Assembly: GCA_001724265.1 (NCBI GenBank)
Contig: MEDY01000054.1
Span: 172,739 to 192,738 of the forward strand
Length of the DNA: 20,000 nucleotides
Reading direction: 5' to 3'
From: Rhizaria sp. SCN 62-66
Taxonomy: Eukaryota
Shown: positions 1-9,250 of the stretch, piece by piece
How positions within the stretch are numbered: position 1 is the first letter of the stretch
Layout of the letters: every line of letters starts with the position of its first letter
Notes under the pieces: generated by a model
Told to the model about the DNA's origin: nothing
The model's input: only the letters and a program-made list of their open reading frames with translations
The model's database searches: none
Translations under genes and position numbers: made by a program

Positions 1-1
1 G

Positions 2-153
2 GTACGCTCTTGAGCCATTATTATCTTTCTTGCACTCTCAATCTGTTCGCTCTTGCAGCCTCCGTTTCCCGCACTCCTTTCTCTACTACTCCCTTCACTT
101 CACACGCTCCCCGCCATCTTCACCGTCCGCCTTCACGCCGCGCCCGCACGCAG
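2..153 (+). other. Probable spliceosomal intron upstream of the first visible TMEM43-like exon
   Basis: G|GTACGC donor at 2, pyrimidine-rich body, CACGCAG acceptor ending at 153, after which GC-rich coding sequence starts (ATC GAA GTG CAG). An alternative acceptor TTGCAG near 58 cannot be excluded, and the upstream exon is outside the window. Confidence 0.6.
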
Positions 154-580
154 ATCGAAGTGCAGGGCGCGCCGCTGCGCGACCCCGTGTTCGGCGTGCA
201 GCACCCCAACGCACTGCGGCTGCGGCGCGGCGTGGAGATGCTGCAGTGGGTCGAGCGCGAGCGCGCACTCTCGGACGAGGAGAAGAAGGACCGCGTCGAG
301 GGACGCGGGAGCTACGGCGCGCTCGTGCAGGACGGCAAGCAGTACTCGTACGTGCAGGAGTGGGTCTCGGAGCCCGTCGCGAGCGGCCGCTTCATGTTTC
401 CTCACATGGCCTCGCCGCCCAACCCGCCGCAAATGCCCTTCTCGGCCTTCTCTGACGTCCCGCCGGAGGCCGCCAAGCCCGATGACGTGCCCAGCGGCGC
501 CAGGGCCAGCGACGTGCTAGCCGTATCGTCCGAGATTGGGCGCGCGGTCGCCACGGAGCGCCCGCTCCCAGTCACCTCCA
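154..580 (+). CDS. TMEM43: TMEM43/LUMA-family (DUF1625) membrane protein, internal exon (gene 5'-truncated by window)
   Basis: Translation IEVQGAPLRDPVFGV...ALRLRRGVEMLQWVE...YSYVQEWVSEPVASGRF...PPNP resembles TMEM43 motifs (L.DP.FGV, L.R.VEMYQW.E, Y.Y...W....I.S..F, H.NP). The exon ends at a GTACGT donor (581). Confidence 0.8.
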
Positions 581-852
581 GTACGTCAAACGATGCATTT
601 GATTTGAAACAAACAACTTGTTCTGCTGCGATTTATTAATCGGCAGCACCATCATCCAAAATTGTATAATACGCGTTATGTTTATCTCAAAACTCTTTCT
701 TTTGATGTCATTATTGACAAATTAGACTGTTTTCGTCTGTCCCCGTCTGCTGAAGCCTTCTCCGGTTCGCCCTGGGTCACTCATGCGTCACTCGTCCCAC
801 CTCTCACAGTACTCTCACCACCCCCTCTGTGTCCTTTTTGTTTTCGCCGCAG
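581..852 (+). other. Spliceosomal intron (272 nt, phase 1) in TMEM43-like gene
   Basis: GTACGT donor at 581, AT-rich interior, pyrimidine tract and CGCCGCAG acceptor ending at 852. Splicing joins A+TC (Ile) in frame to CAC GAT GTG (HDV...), linking ORF 10..639 to ORF 783..1628. Confidence 0.8.
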
Positions 853-1628
853 TCCACGATGTGACGCTGCCGCCGCTGCCGAGCATCCACCACACCTTCG
901 CGTTGACTGGCCACAACGGCGGCGCGCTGCTGCTGCGCGCGCCCTCCTCGTACGCGGCCTACGCCGAGGCGCCGCCGCACGTCGGCGACGTGCGCGTGTG
1001 GTTCTCCGCGGCCCCCGGCGGCGCCACGGCCACCGTGCTGGGCTCCCTCGCGCGCCGCGCCGGCGGCGTGCTCACGCTCACCGGCCACGACGGCTCGGCG
1101 GAGCGCTGGGGCGAGCCGTTCCTGCACGTCGAGCTGGGCTCCGCGCCAGTGTCGGCCGCGTTCCGCTCGCTGCACAGCTCCAACTGGTGGAAGACGTGGG
1201 CGCTGCGCGTGGGCGGCTGGCTGGCGCTGCTGGTGGCTTTCTCGCTGCTCTTCTCGCCGCTACACGCCGTGGCCGAGGCGCTCCCACTGGTCGGACCGCT
1301 GCTGTCAGCGCTGCTGGGGCTGGGCACGGGCGTGGTCAGCTTCGCGCTCGCCACGGGCGTCGCCGCCGTCACCATCGCGGTCGCCTGGTTCGCCGTGCGC
1401 CCCGCGCTCGCGCTTGCGCTGCTGGCCGTCGCCGCCGCGGCCTTCTTCGTCCCCGCCTGCTTCGCCAAGAGCAGTAGCGCGCGCGCCGCAGCCACTGCTG
1501 GCGCCGCCACTGCCGCCGCCGGGGCTGCCGCGGCGGGCTCTGATGTCGGGCAGGAGCAGGGGCAGCCGCTGCTTGCGCGCGGGCCCTCTGCCGCAGCCTC
1601 GGCCTCGGCGGGCAACAAGCGTGACTGA
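853..1628 (+). CDS. TMEM43: TMEM43/LUMA-family membrane protein, last exon
   Basis: PHVGDVRVWFS motif (TMEM43 P..GD.RV.F), then TWALRVGGWLALLVAFSLLFSPL and further hydrophobic helices ending TIAVAWFAVRP (TMEM43 W..YRP-like). TGA at 1626-1628 is followed by AT-rich sequence. Confidence 0.85.
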
Positions 1629-2017
1629 GATCAAAGATGATCTCAGTGTCGATGTGACAAAATCTATGCTTTCAAAACAAATTGTGCGAAGTGTATATAA
1701 GTGTATTTTGTGAATGAATTAATGTATTGAAATGAACAAGGCAGTGATAATAAATAGTTCTTTCAATAGCATATATACATATATAGAATTAAACATTGAT
1801 GAAAAACAAATATAACAAACAAACGTTTTCCTTGCTCTTACGCTGACTCACTCGTCTTCCCCGCAGTAGCTACAGCCCTGACACCCTGAGCAGCCGCAGC
1901 CGGAGCAGGAGCAGAAGCAGACGTGGGCGCAGGCGCGGGCGCAGCAGCGGCAGCGGAGGGGGCAGCAGCAGCAGCAGCGGCGGCTGCGGGGGCGGGGGCC
2001 GCAGCGGCAGCGGCGGG

Positions 2018-5000
2018 CTAGCCGCTGCCCGCCTGTGCGTGCGCGTGTGCGTGCGCGTGCAGGTGCGCCAGCGAGCAGCGCGCGCAGACCCACACGCAGC
2101 GGCCGGCCGCGCGCGAGCACTCCACGCAGCACGCAAAGACGGCGCCGCGCAGCGCGGCCTGCGCCTCCTCCAGCTGCTGCCGCAGCCTGCGCTCGGTCGC
2201 GCTCGCGACGACGGCGCCAGCGGCAACGGCAGCGCTAGTCGCCGTCGCAGCCCCAGTCGCAGCGTCAGCAGCAGCGTCAGCAGCAGCAGCGGTGGCATCG
2301 GCGTCAGTGCCCAAGGGCCGCACCGCGTCGCAGCGACAGCCCTCGCAGACGGCGGCGCGCACGGCCGCGGGGAAAGCCGCGGCACGCAGCGCGTCTTCGC
2401 AGGCGGCCAGCTCCGCGGCGGCCAGCGCGGCGTCCTCGGTCGCGACCGCCAGCGCGTCCCGCAGCGCATCGCACCGCGCGCCGTCGCCGCCACCGCTCTT
2501 GGCGCTCTCCAGGGCGCGGAGCTCGGCCGAGAGGGAGGCGGCGCCAGCGCGGTAGTCGTCGCAGAGCTTGCGCAGCGCGCGCGCGTGCCAGCGCTGCGCT
2601 GCCTCGGCCGGCGACCACACCAGCGCCCCGGGCACCAGCGTCGGCGTCCCAGTCGCAGTGGCGCCCGCGCCCGCGTCGCCGGAGCCGTAGCCAGAGTTGG
2701 GGAAGAGGGGCCGGCCGCGGTGGTCCAGCAGCAGCGGCCGCAGCGCCGCCGACAACGACGACGACGAGGCAGAAGCAGCAGCAGCAGCAGCAGTATCGGG
2801 CAGCGGAAACGGGGGTGGGGCTGGAAAGGCCGCGGCGGGCGCGGCATCGATCTCGACCAGTGCGGTGAGGAGCGCCTTGGCCAGCCGCTTGGCGAAGTCC
2901 TTTACGTTGGCGGCGCCGCCGGCTTCTGTGTAGTTGACGAAGGCGTTGCTCTGGAGCGCGCCGACCAGGTCGAGCAGCGCGCGGGCCTGCGCGGCACGCG
3001 CGGGGCCCAGCGCGGCCTCGTCGGCGGCGGCCAGCGCGCGCGGGGCGCGCGTGCTCCTCAGCGTGTGCAGCTCTGCGAAGAGCATCTCGACCACGGGCAG
3101 TACGGGCGCCGCCGCCGCCGCGGCCTTGGCGCGCGGGGCGGCGCGCTCGACGCGCGCGGCGCGGTCGCACTCGGCGTCGTCGCCGGCCGAGACGAGCGTG
3201 AGGCGCATGCGGCTGGGGCCGGCGTGGTGGCAGACTGCGAGCAGCGGCGCGCCGTCGAGCCCCAGCGCGGCGACGCGCGCGGGCGACGCACCCAGCTGCT
3301 GCCACAGCGCCGCGGGCAGCTCCGCGCGCATGGAGCGCCAGCGGCCCTCGAGGATCGCGGGGCCGAACTCGGTGAGCCAGGCCGCGGGCGCGAGTGCCTG
3401 GCGCGGGTTGACCGTGCCCGCGGTAACGATGCCCATGGCCAGCAGCGCGGCCGCCAGCGGGACGGAGCTGAGGCGCGACGACAGCATCACCGCGCAGCCC
3501 GTGAAGGCGAGCCCCGCGGCCGCGAGCGTCTCGACCAGCGCGCGCTCCAGCCGCCCCGAGCCCAGCGCGGCGCGCGCGCGCAGCGAGGCGGGGCCAGGCG
3601 GCGGCAGCGGCTGCGGCGCCAGCGCCAGGATGCGCGACGACGCCGAGCACAGCAAGTACACGTGGCTCGCGGGCTCCCACTCCTTAGCCTGCTGCTCCGT
3701 CGCGGCCGCAAGCGCGGCGGCGGCGGCCGCGGCCTCTTCGCGGGTGCCCGAGCGCGCGGCGGCGGCGGCCGCGGAGACCTGCGCGAACGCGGCGGCTGAG
3801 GCGGCTGAGGGCGCGCCCGCGGCATAGCCCATCACGAACTGGTTGCCGGTCGCGTAGCGGCGACGCGAGTGCGCCACCAGCGCGTCGAGCGGCCCGCGCA
3901 GCCAGCGCCACGCAGGGTCCACGGGCTCGGGCGAGACCGACGCCGCGCCCAGCGCCAGCGCGCGCTCCTCCGCAGCTGCCGCAGCAGTAGCCGCCGCCGC
4001 AGCAGCAGCAGCAGCAGCGCCCTTGCCCGCGCATGTGCCCTTACCTGTGCCAGCGGCTGTGCCTGCAGCAGGAGCGGCGGCGGCGTCGGGGAGCGCGGCG
4101 GCGGCGGCGGACGCGGAAGAAGAGAAGCTGAGGCGCTGCAGCAGCGCGAGCCAGGGCCGCTGCACCTGCAAAGCCGCCTGGTCCTGCTCCTGCTCCTGCT
4201 CCGGCACTGGCGTCTTGGCCTTGGCCTTGGCCTTGGCGTCAGCCTTCGGGTCAGAGTCAGCCTGCGTTTGCGCAACCTGCGTCTGAGCCTGCTGCGTCTG
4301 CGTCTGCGTCTCTGCCGCGGGTGGGTCCCTGTCGAGGCGCTGAACGGGCTCGCCGTGCTCCGTGGCGCGCACGGTGACGAGCGCGCCCAGCAGCCGCAGC
4401 ACGAGCGCGGACGTCGCCTCGGGCGTGTGCGCGACGGCCCCGGCCAGCAGCGCCGGCGGCAGCGCGCGCATGAAGGCGTTCAGCACCAGCTTGTCGCACT
4501 CGCCGCCGCCGCTGCCGCTGCCGCTGCCGCTACTGCCGCTGCTGCCGCTGCTGCCGCTGCTGCCGCTGCTGCTGCCCTCAGCGGCTGCGCCAGCAGGACT
4601 CGCAGCACCAGCAGTGGAGCTAGCGCGGGCGCCGGCGGTACCGGGGCAGCCGGAGCGTCCGCAGCCGCAAGCGAGCCCGCGGTAAAGCGCGGCGGGATCC
4701 AGCGGTGGCGCGCGGCTGCGGCGACGCAGCTCGGGGTCGGCGGCGCTGGCGCGCTGGCGCAGGCGCTGCACGGCGGCGGGCCGCTCGACGCCGCCGTCCT
4801 GCAGGCGCCACTCGAGTGCGACCTCGACTGGCGGCCCCGCGGCGCCGGGCGCGCGCCGCAGCGCCGACACGGCCGCAGTGATGTGCGGGACGGGCGCCTG
4901 CAGCGATCCCACGCCCGTGGCGGGACCCGGCACCACGCCCGCGGCCGGCGCCGTCATCAGCGCGCGCTGCGCCGCGGCCGCAACGGGCACCAGCTGCTCG

Positions 5001-5319
5001 GGAACGCACGGCAACAGCGGCAGCGGCGAGACCGGGTCGCCGAGCGCGGATGTGGCGGAGGCGGTGGCGGCAGTAGGAGCAGCAGCGGCAGCAGGAGCAG
5101 TGGCTGCGCCAGCGACAGTGGTGGCAACAGCGGCGGCTGGGAGGGCCACGGAGGCGCCGGCGTCGGCGCGGCCGTCGGTGCGAGTCTTGCTGCGCTTGTC
5201 AGCCTTGTCCTTGGCAGAAATAGCCTCGTCATCGTCAGAGGAGTCGGCGTCGCGCTTGCCGTCACTCTTCTTGTCCTTCTTGTCCTTTTTGTCCTTCTTG
5301 TCCTTCTTATCGGCTTTGA

Positions 5320-5367
<48 letters not shown>

Positions 5368-6079
5368 CCTCAAGTGCGCGTTTGCGAGACCACGACGACG
5401 ACGAGGAGGAGGAGTCCTGGGCAATCATACTGTCACCTTTAGAGCTTGCGCTAGAACTAAAGCTAGAGCTAGAGCTCGAGGAGCTGGGCTTTGCGGCGGA
5501 AGCTGCATCTCTCTTTCTGTCTGACGATGACTTAGAGCTGCTACTGCTACTGCTGCTGCTGCTCTTGCTACTGCTGTTGCTGCTGCTAGTTGGAGAGGCC
5601 GCCTTCACGGCGGGGGTGGCCGCCTTGCTGGAAGTGGGCTTGGGGGTCGGGGCCGGAGCCGGGGCCGGAGCCGGGGCCGGAGCCGGGGCCGGAGCCGGAG
5701 CCGGAGCCGGAGCCGGGGCCGGCGCGGGGGCGGAGGCGCCGGTGCGGCGGCCACCGCCCCAGAGCGGCATCAGAGCCGTGTCATAAACGGCGCGCTGCTT
5801 GGCGAGCTCCTGTACGGAGAGGCTCTCGAAGGCGCGCGCGGCGCGGAAAGCGGGCTCGCGCTTGACCCAGTGCTGGCCGACGATGTGGACCCACTCGACG
5901 GTGCACCAGGGCGAGCCCGCCTGCGCCTTGACCACAACGCCGAACAGCTGCTCCACGTGGAGGTTGCGCACGTAATCGTCCTCCGCCAGGCCCAGGTTCG
6001 CGTCGTCGATCGGGGCGAGCAGCAGCGTGCCCTTGACGACGTCCTCGGCCGTCGCCGTCACCTGCTTCGGGGTCGCCAT
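2018..6079 (-). CDS. PiggyBac transposase-derived (PGBD-like) protein, ~1353 aa, catalytic Asp residues apparently lost, with C-terminal Cys-rich domain
   Basis: Single ORF with the likely start ATG at 6079. Collinear degenerate piggyBac blocks: AFMRALPPALLAGAVAHT; LRLLGALV; WLALLQRLSF; DPAWRWLRGPLDALVAHSRRRYATGNQFVMGY; HVYLLCSASSRIL; GCAVMLSSRLSSVPLAAALLAMGIVTAGTVNPR; LLDLVGALQSNAFVNY...DFAKRLAKALL; terminal CEGC...CCVEC...VWVCARCSLAHLH. The gene itself is near certain; the family assignment is by eye. Confidence 0.7.
5647..5735 (-). repeat. Coding hexanucleotide repeat encoding an (Ala-Pro)n linker
   Basis: Tandem GCCGGA/GCCGGG units on the + strand, giving APAPAP... in the 2018..6079 ORF. 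Neighbouring poly-Ser (AGC)n and DKK repeats lie at ~5265-5590. Confidence 0.9.
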
Positions 6080-6743
6080 AATCGGACTCACTACTCTCGT
6101 GTCTCTGCGAAGGGGATAATGCAAGCGCTGAACGCGCAGAATGTGAGTTTAGAGCTGCAAAAAGAGGTATATGGAACGATGTGAGAGAAATCTCCCTTTC
6201 CAGCCAATGTATCCTTGTCAAGACGCACAGCAACACTCTCGGATAGGTGAGTGATGGGGCAGACGCTAACGCGTTGTGTTATCGCCTATATATATACAAA
6301 ACCATCGTGTAATAGCCATTAAACAGAATTCCGTAATATCAAACGGTCTATTTTATCAAAAAATTTAAAGGCGAGACTTGAATTCATCGCACCACTGCAA
6401 TATTTCACTTCAAAGGTAGATGCTCCACCACAACCACAAGCATACGAGTCGTCGCGGAACGCAAGTGATAATGAACATAAAATCAAGATGATGCACACAA
6501 TAATACAAGTCGTCGTTTATGTGGAAAACATAGCTCGCGGAACCTTTAATAAAATAATCTGATACATGTATTAATAAGCCTTCTGAACCTATCCTGGAAT
6601 GCGGATCTAAGAAAACCCGACTCCGTAACATAGCACACATCGTCACACGCACACCAGACTCAGTGACCTCTCTCTGCGAAGTATGCTCTCCCTGGACGCA
6701 GGCGCCTTGTTCCCCCGTTACCGGCAGCGCGCTTGTACAGCGC

Positions 6744-8796
6744 TCAGTCGTCGTCAGCGAGCGGGGGCGCCTCGAAGAAGAGCGGCAGCCGGCCCTCGAG
6801 GCAATCCTTGATGATGTCCAGCCCCGCGCGGAAGGTGTCCGGGCGGCCTGAATCCTCGCACCAGCCCTTGCGCGCGGCGTAGGCCTCGCAGACGCGGTAC
6901 GCCGACCACACGAAGCGCGCCGCGTGCCCGCCCGCGGATCCGGCCACGGTGAGGTCCTCGGCCAGAGCGCGGTCCAGCCGCGCGATCAGGCCGTCGCCGT
7001 CCGCGCCGTCGTCGTCGTCGTCGTGGCCGCCGCGGCCGCCGCGGCCCTTGGTCTTGTTCTTGACGGCCTTGCCGCCGCCGGCCTTGCTGGCGCCGGGCCG
7101 GCTGGCAGCGACCTTGCCGCCGCTGGCGCCCGCGCCGGCCAACGGAGACGTCAGCGTGCCCGGCAGGAACTGCGGGAAGACCTCGGAGCCCGAGACTGCG
7201 CAGTGCTCGCCCAGGAACCCGCGCGCGGACGCCGTGCTGTTGTCGGCCACAGCAGCAGCGGTAGCGGAGGTGACGGAGCGCGCGCCGCCAGACGCGAGCG
7301 CGCCGCGGCCGGCCTCGGCAGTGGGCGCGAAGGAAGGGATGCGGCCGGGGGTCAGCGCTCCCGAGAGCGCGCAGTCCGAGTCGGGGGCCGTGTAGGGCGC
7401 GAGCGCGAAGGCCTCGACGAGCAGCAGACGCTCGGCGAGGAACTCAACGCACGAGTAGGGCTCGCGCAGCTGCGGCAGCGGGAAGATGCCCATGAGCACC
7501 TGCAACGGGCGCGGCATGTCAGCGGCGGGGAAAACGAGCCCCGGGCAGTCGCAGAGCTGGATGTCGTCCTCGACCGTCACGCGCGCGATCGTCTGCAGGT
7601 GCTTGGTGTGGCCCGGCGTGTTGGAGACCGACACGGCGGTGCGCCCCAGCAGCGCGTTGATGATCGACGACTTGCCCGCGTTGGGGTGCCCCACGAGCCC
7701 GACGGTGAAGACCTCGCCTGGGGCCGCCGCGCGGTAGGCCCGCTCGGCGCCAACGCGCGCGCGCTGCGTCGCCGCAGCCACAATGTGCGCCTTCATGCCG
7801 CGCACAGCGTCCGCGCGGCGCACCTTGGACACCTTGGTGCTCGCGAACCGCAGCAACGCCTCGCGCGCCTCCTCTTCGTCGTCGTCGGCAGCAACAGGAG
7901 TCGCTGTGTCAGCGGCAGTCTTGGCCTTGGCTTGGGCCTGGGCGTCGAGAGCGAGCTGCTGCTTGTGCAGCTGCTGCTTCTTGTCCTTGGAGGCGGCCGC
8001 GGCGGCCACGGCGTCGTCGTCGTCGCGGGCCGCCGCGCGCAGCGCCGCCGCCGCCGCAGCGACCTCGGGGTCGCCCTCGGCCTCGGAGTCGGCCTCGGCC
8101 TGAGAGTCCTCGGCCTCAGCCTCGGCCTCGGAGTCCTCGTCCTCGTCTTCGTCCTCGTAGTGGGGGTGGTGCGCAGCGGAATTCGCGTCGTCGTCGTCGT
8201 CGTCTGTGTGGTCTGTGTGGTCGGCGCCGTCGGCGGGGGGGTAGAGCTCGCGCGCGTAGCGGCGCCAGGTGTCGAGCACCTCGGCGACGCCCACGGGCGC
8301 GGGCCGCTTGACGTTGGCGCGGCCGTCGAGCCCCAGCACGTTGCGGCGGCGCACGCGCAGGTCATGGTCCTCGAGCGTCACCGTGCCGGGCAGCGGGTAG
8401 GAGGAGAAGAGCAGAACCTCGAGCCCCGGATAGCGGCGCTCGAGCAGCGCCTGCCAGCGCAGCAGCACGGCCGAGGGCACCAGGTCGATCTTGTTGAGCA
8501 CAAGCACCATGCGCTTGCGCATCTTGGTGACGACGAAGTCGTACAGCGAGGGCGGGAAGTGGAACAGCGGGTGACGCGCGTCGGCGCAGAGCACGAGGAG
8601 GTCGGAGAGCTCGCACACGCGCCAGAGCTGGCGCCACACGTCGAGGTTGTGCTCGAAGTGGTTCAGCCGCGACGGCGGGAAGGCGTTGTACACGATCGCA
8701 AGGTACTTCTCAAAGCGCTCGTTCTCGTTCGCGCGCACGGCTTCGCGCGTCATCTTGTTGTTCCAGTACGGGCGCAGCGGGATCGGAATGATGCGG
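6744..8796 (-). CDS. GNL1: GNL1-like (HSR1/Lsg1, YlqF/YawG family) circularly permuted GTPase, exon 2
   Basis: LNHFEHNLDVWRQLWRVCELSDLLVLCADARHPLFHFPPSLYDFV (GNL1-type signature). G4 NKID precedes G1 GHPNAGKSS, G2 SNTPGHTKHLQT and G3 DCPGLVFP. C-terminal WSAYRVCEAYAARKGW...GRPDTFRAG. TGA at 6744-6746. Confidence 0.9.
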
Positions 8797-8948
8797 CTGC
8801 GAAGGAGAATAACACGGGCAGGAAGGGAGCGAACGATGATGTCAGAAAAGGGGAATGTGAGCATGTGTTAATGCAAGGGTGTGACTTCAAAACATAGATG
8901 TGCGAAAATGAGAAGTGCTTTCAAAGTGTGTAGGGTTGAAATACGTAC
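8797..8948 (-). other. Spliceosomal intron (152 nt, phase 2) in GNL1-like gene
   Basis: Minus-strand AG|GTACGT donor at 8948, pyrimidine tract and TTCGCAG acceptor ending at 8797. The join gives ...GMY-S(AG+C)-RIIPIPLRPYW in frame. Confidence 0.85.
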
Positions 8949-9250
8949 CTATACATGCCGTCATCGGCGATGCGCTTGGCGTCGGAGTAGTAAAAGGGGC
9001 GGAAGGCAGCCTTGACGCGCTTCTCGATGTCGATGCGCGACTCGCGGCTGTGGAAGACGGTGAAGATGGTGTTCTTGTTGCCGCGCGCGCTGGCCTCGGC
9101 CTCAGCATCTGTCAGGCGAAAGTTGTGTGACTCCTCCTCCACCACGGTTTGGTTCGTGCTCAGGTCCTCGGAGTGCATCGTCGTGCGGTCCGAAGCGCGC
9201 TTGGCGTTCATCTTGAGCCGGCGCTGCTTGCCGGACATAAACGTCGCCAT
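8949..9250 (-). CDS. GNL1: GNL1-like GTPase, exon 1
   Basis: MATFMSGKQRRLKMNAKR... resembles the basic GNL1 N-terminus (FS.KQKK.QL..KR). It splices in frame to exon 2, giving 784 aa in total. Confidence 0.8.

Noticed and set aside
6080-6124. ORF-track N-terminal extensions (6124, 8864, 18773, 783, 10 starts)
   Set aside because: They lie in AT/pyrimidine-rich UTR or intron sequence and mostly use non-ATG starts. Downstream ATGs or splice acceptors explain the genes better.
6365-6549. TTAA-AGG...CCT-TTAA arrangement resembling Kolobok-type transposon ends
   Set aside because: The inverted match is only 3 bp beyond TTAA, which is expected by chance in AT-rich DNA.
1630-6740. Intact autonomous piggyBac element around the PGBD-like gene
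   Set aside because: No TTAA-CCY...RGG-TTAA termini or inverted repeats were found in the flanks, and the catalytic residues are missing.
6660-6746. Possible TGA readthrough or selenocysteine after the GNL1 stop (ALYKRAAG...), and similarly after the REX4-like stop
   Set aside because: The GNL1 stop falls just after the family's conserved C-terminal block. Both stops have the TGAG context, the extensions quickly lose coding character or hit another stop, and no SECIS was recognisable.
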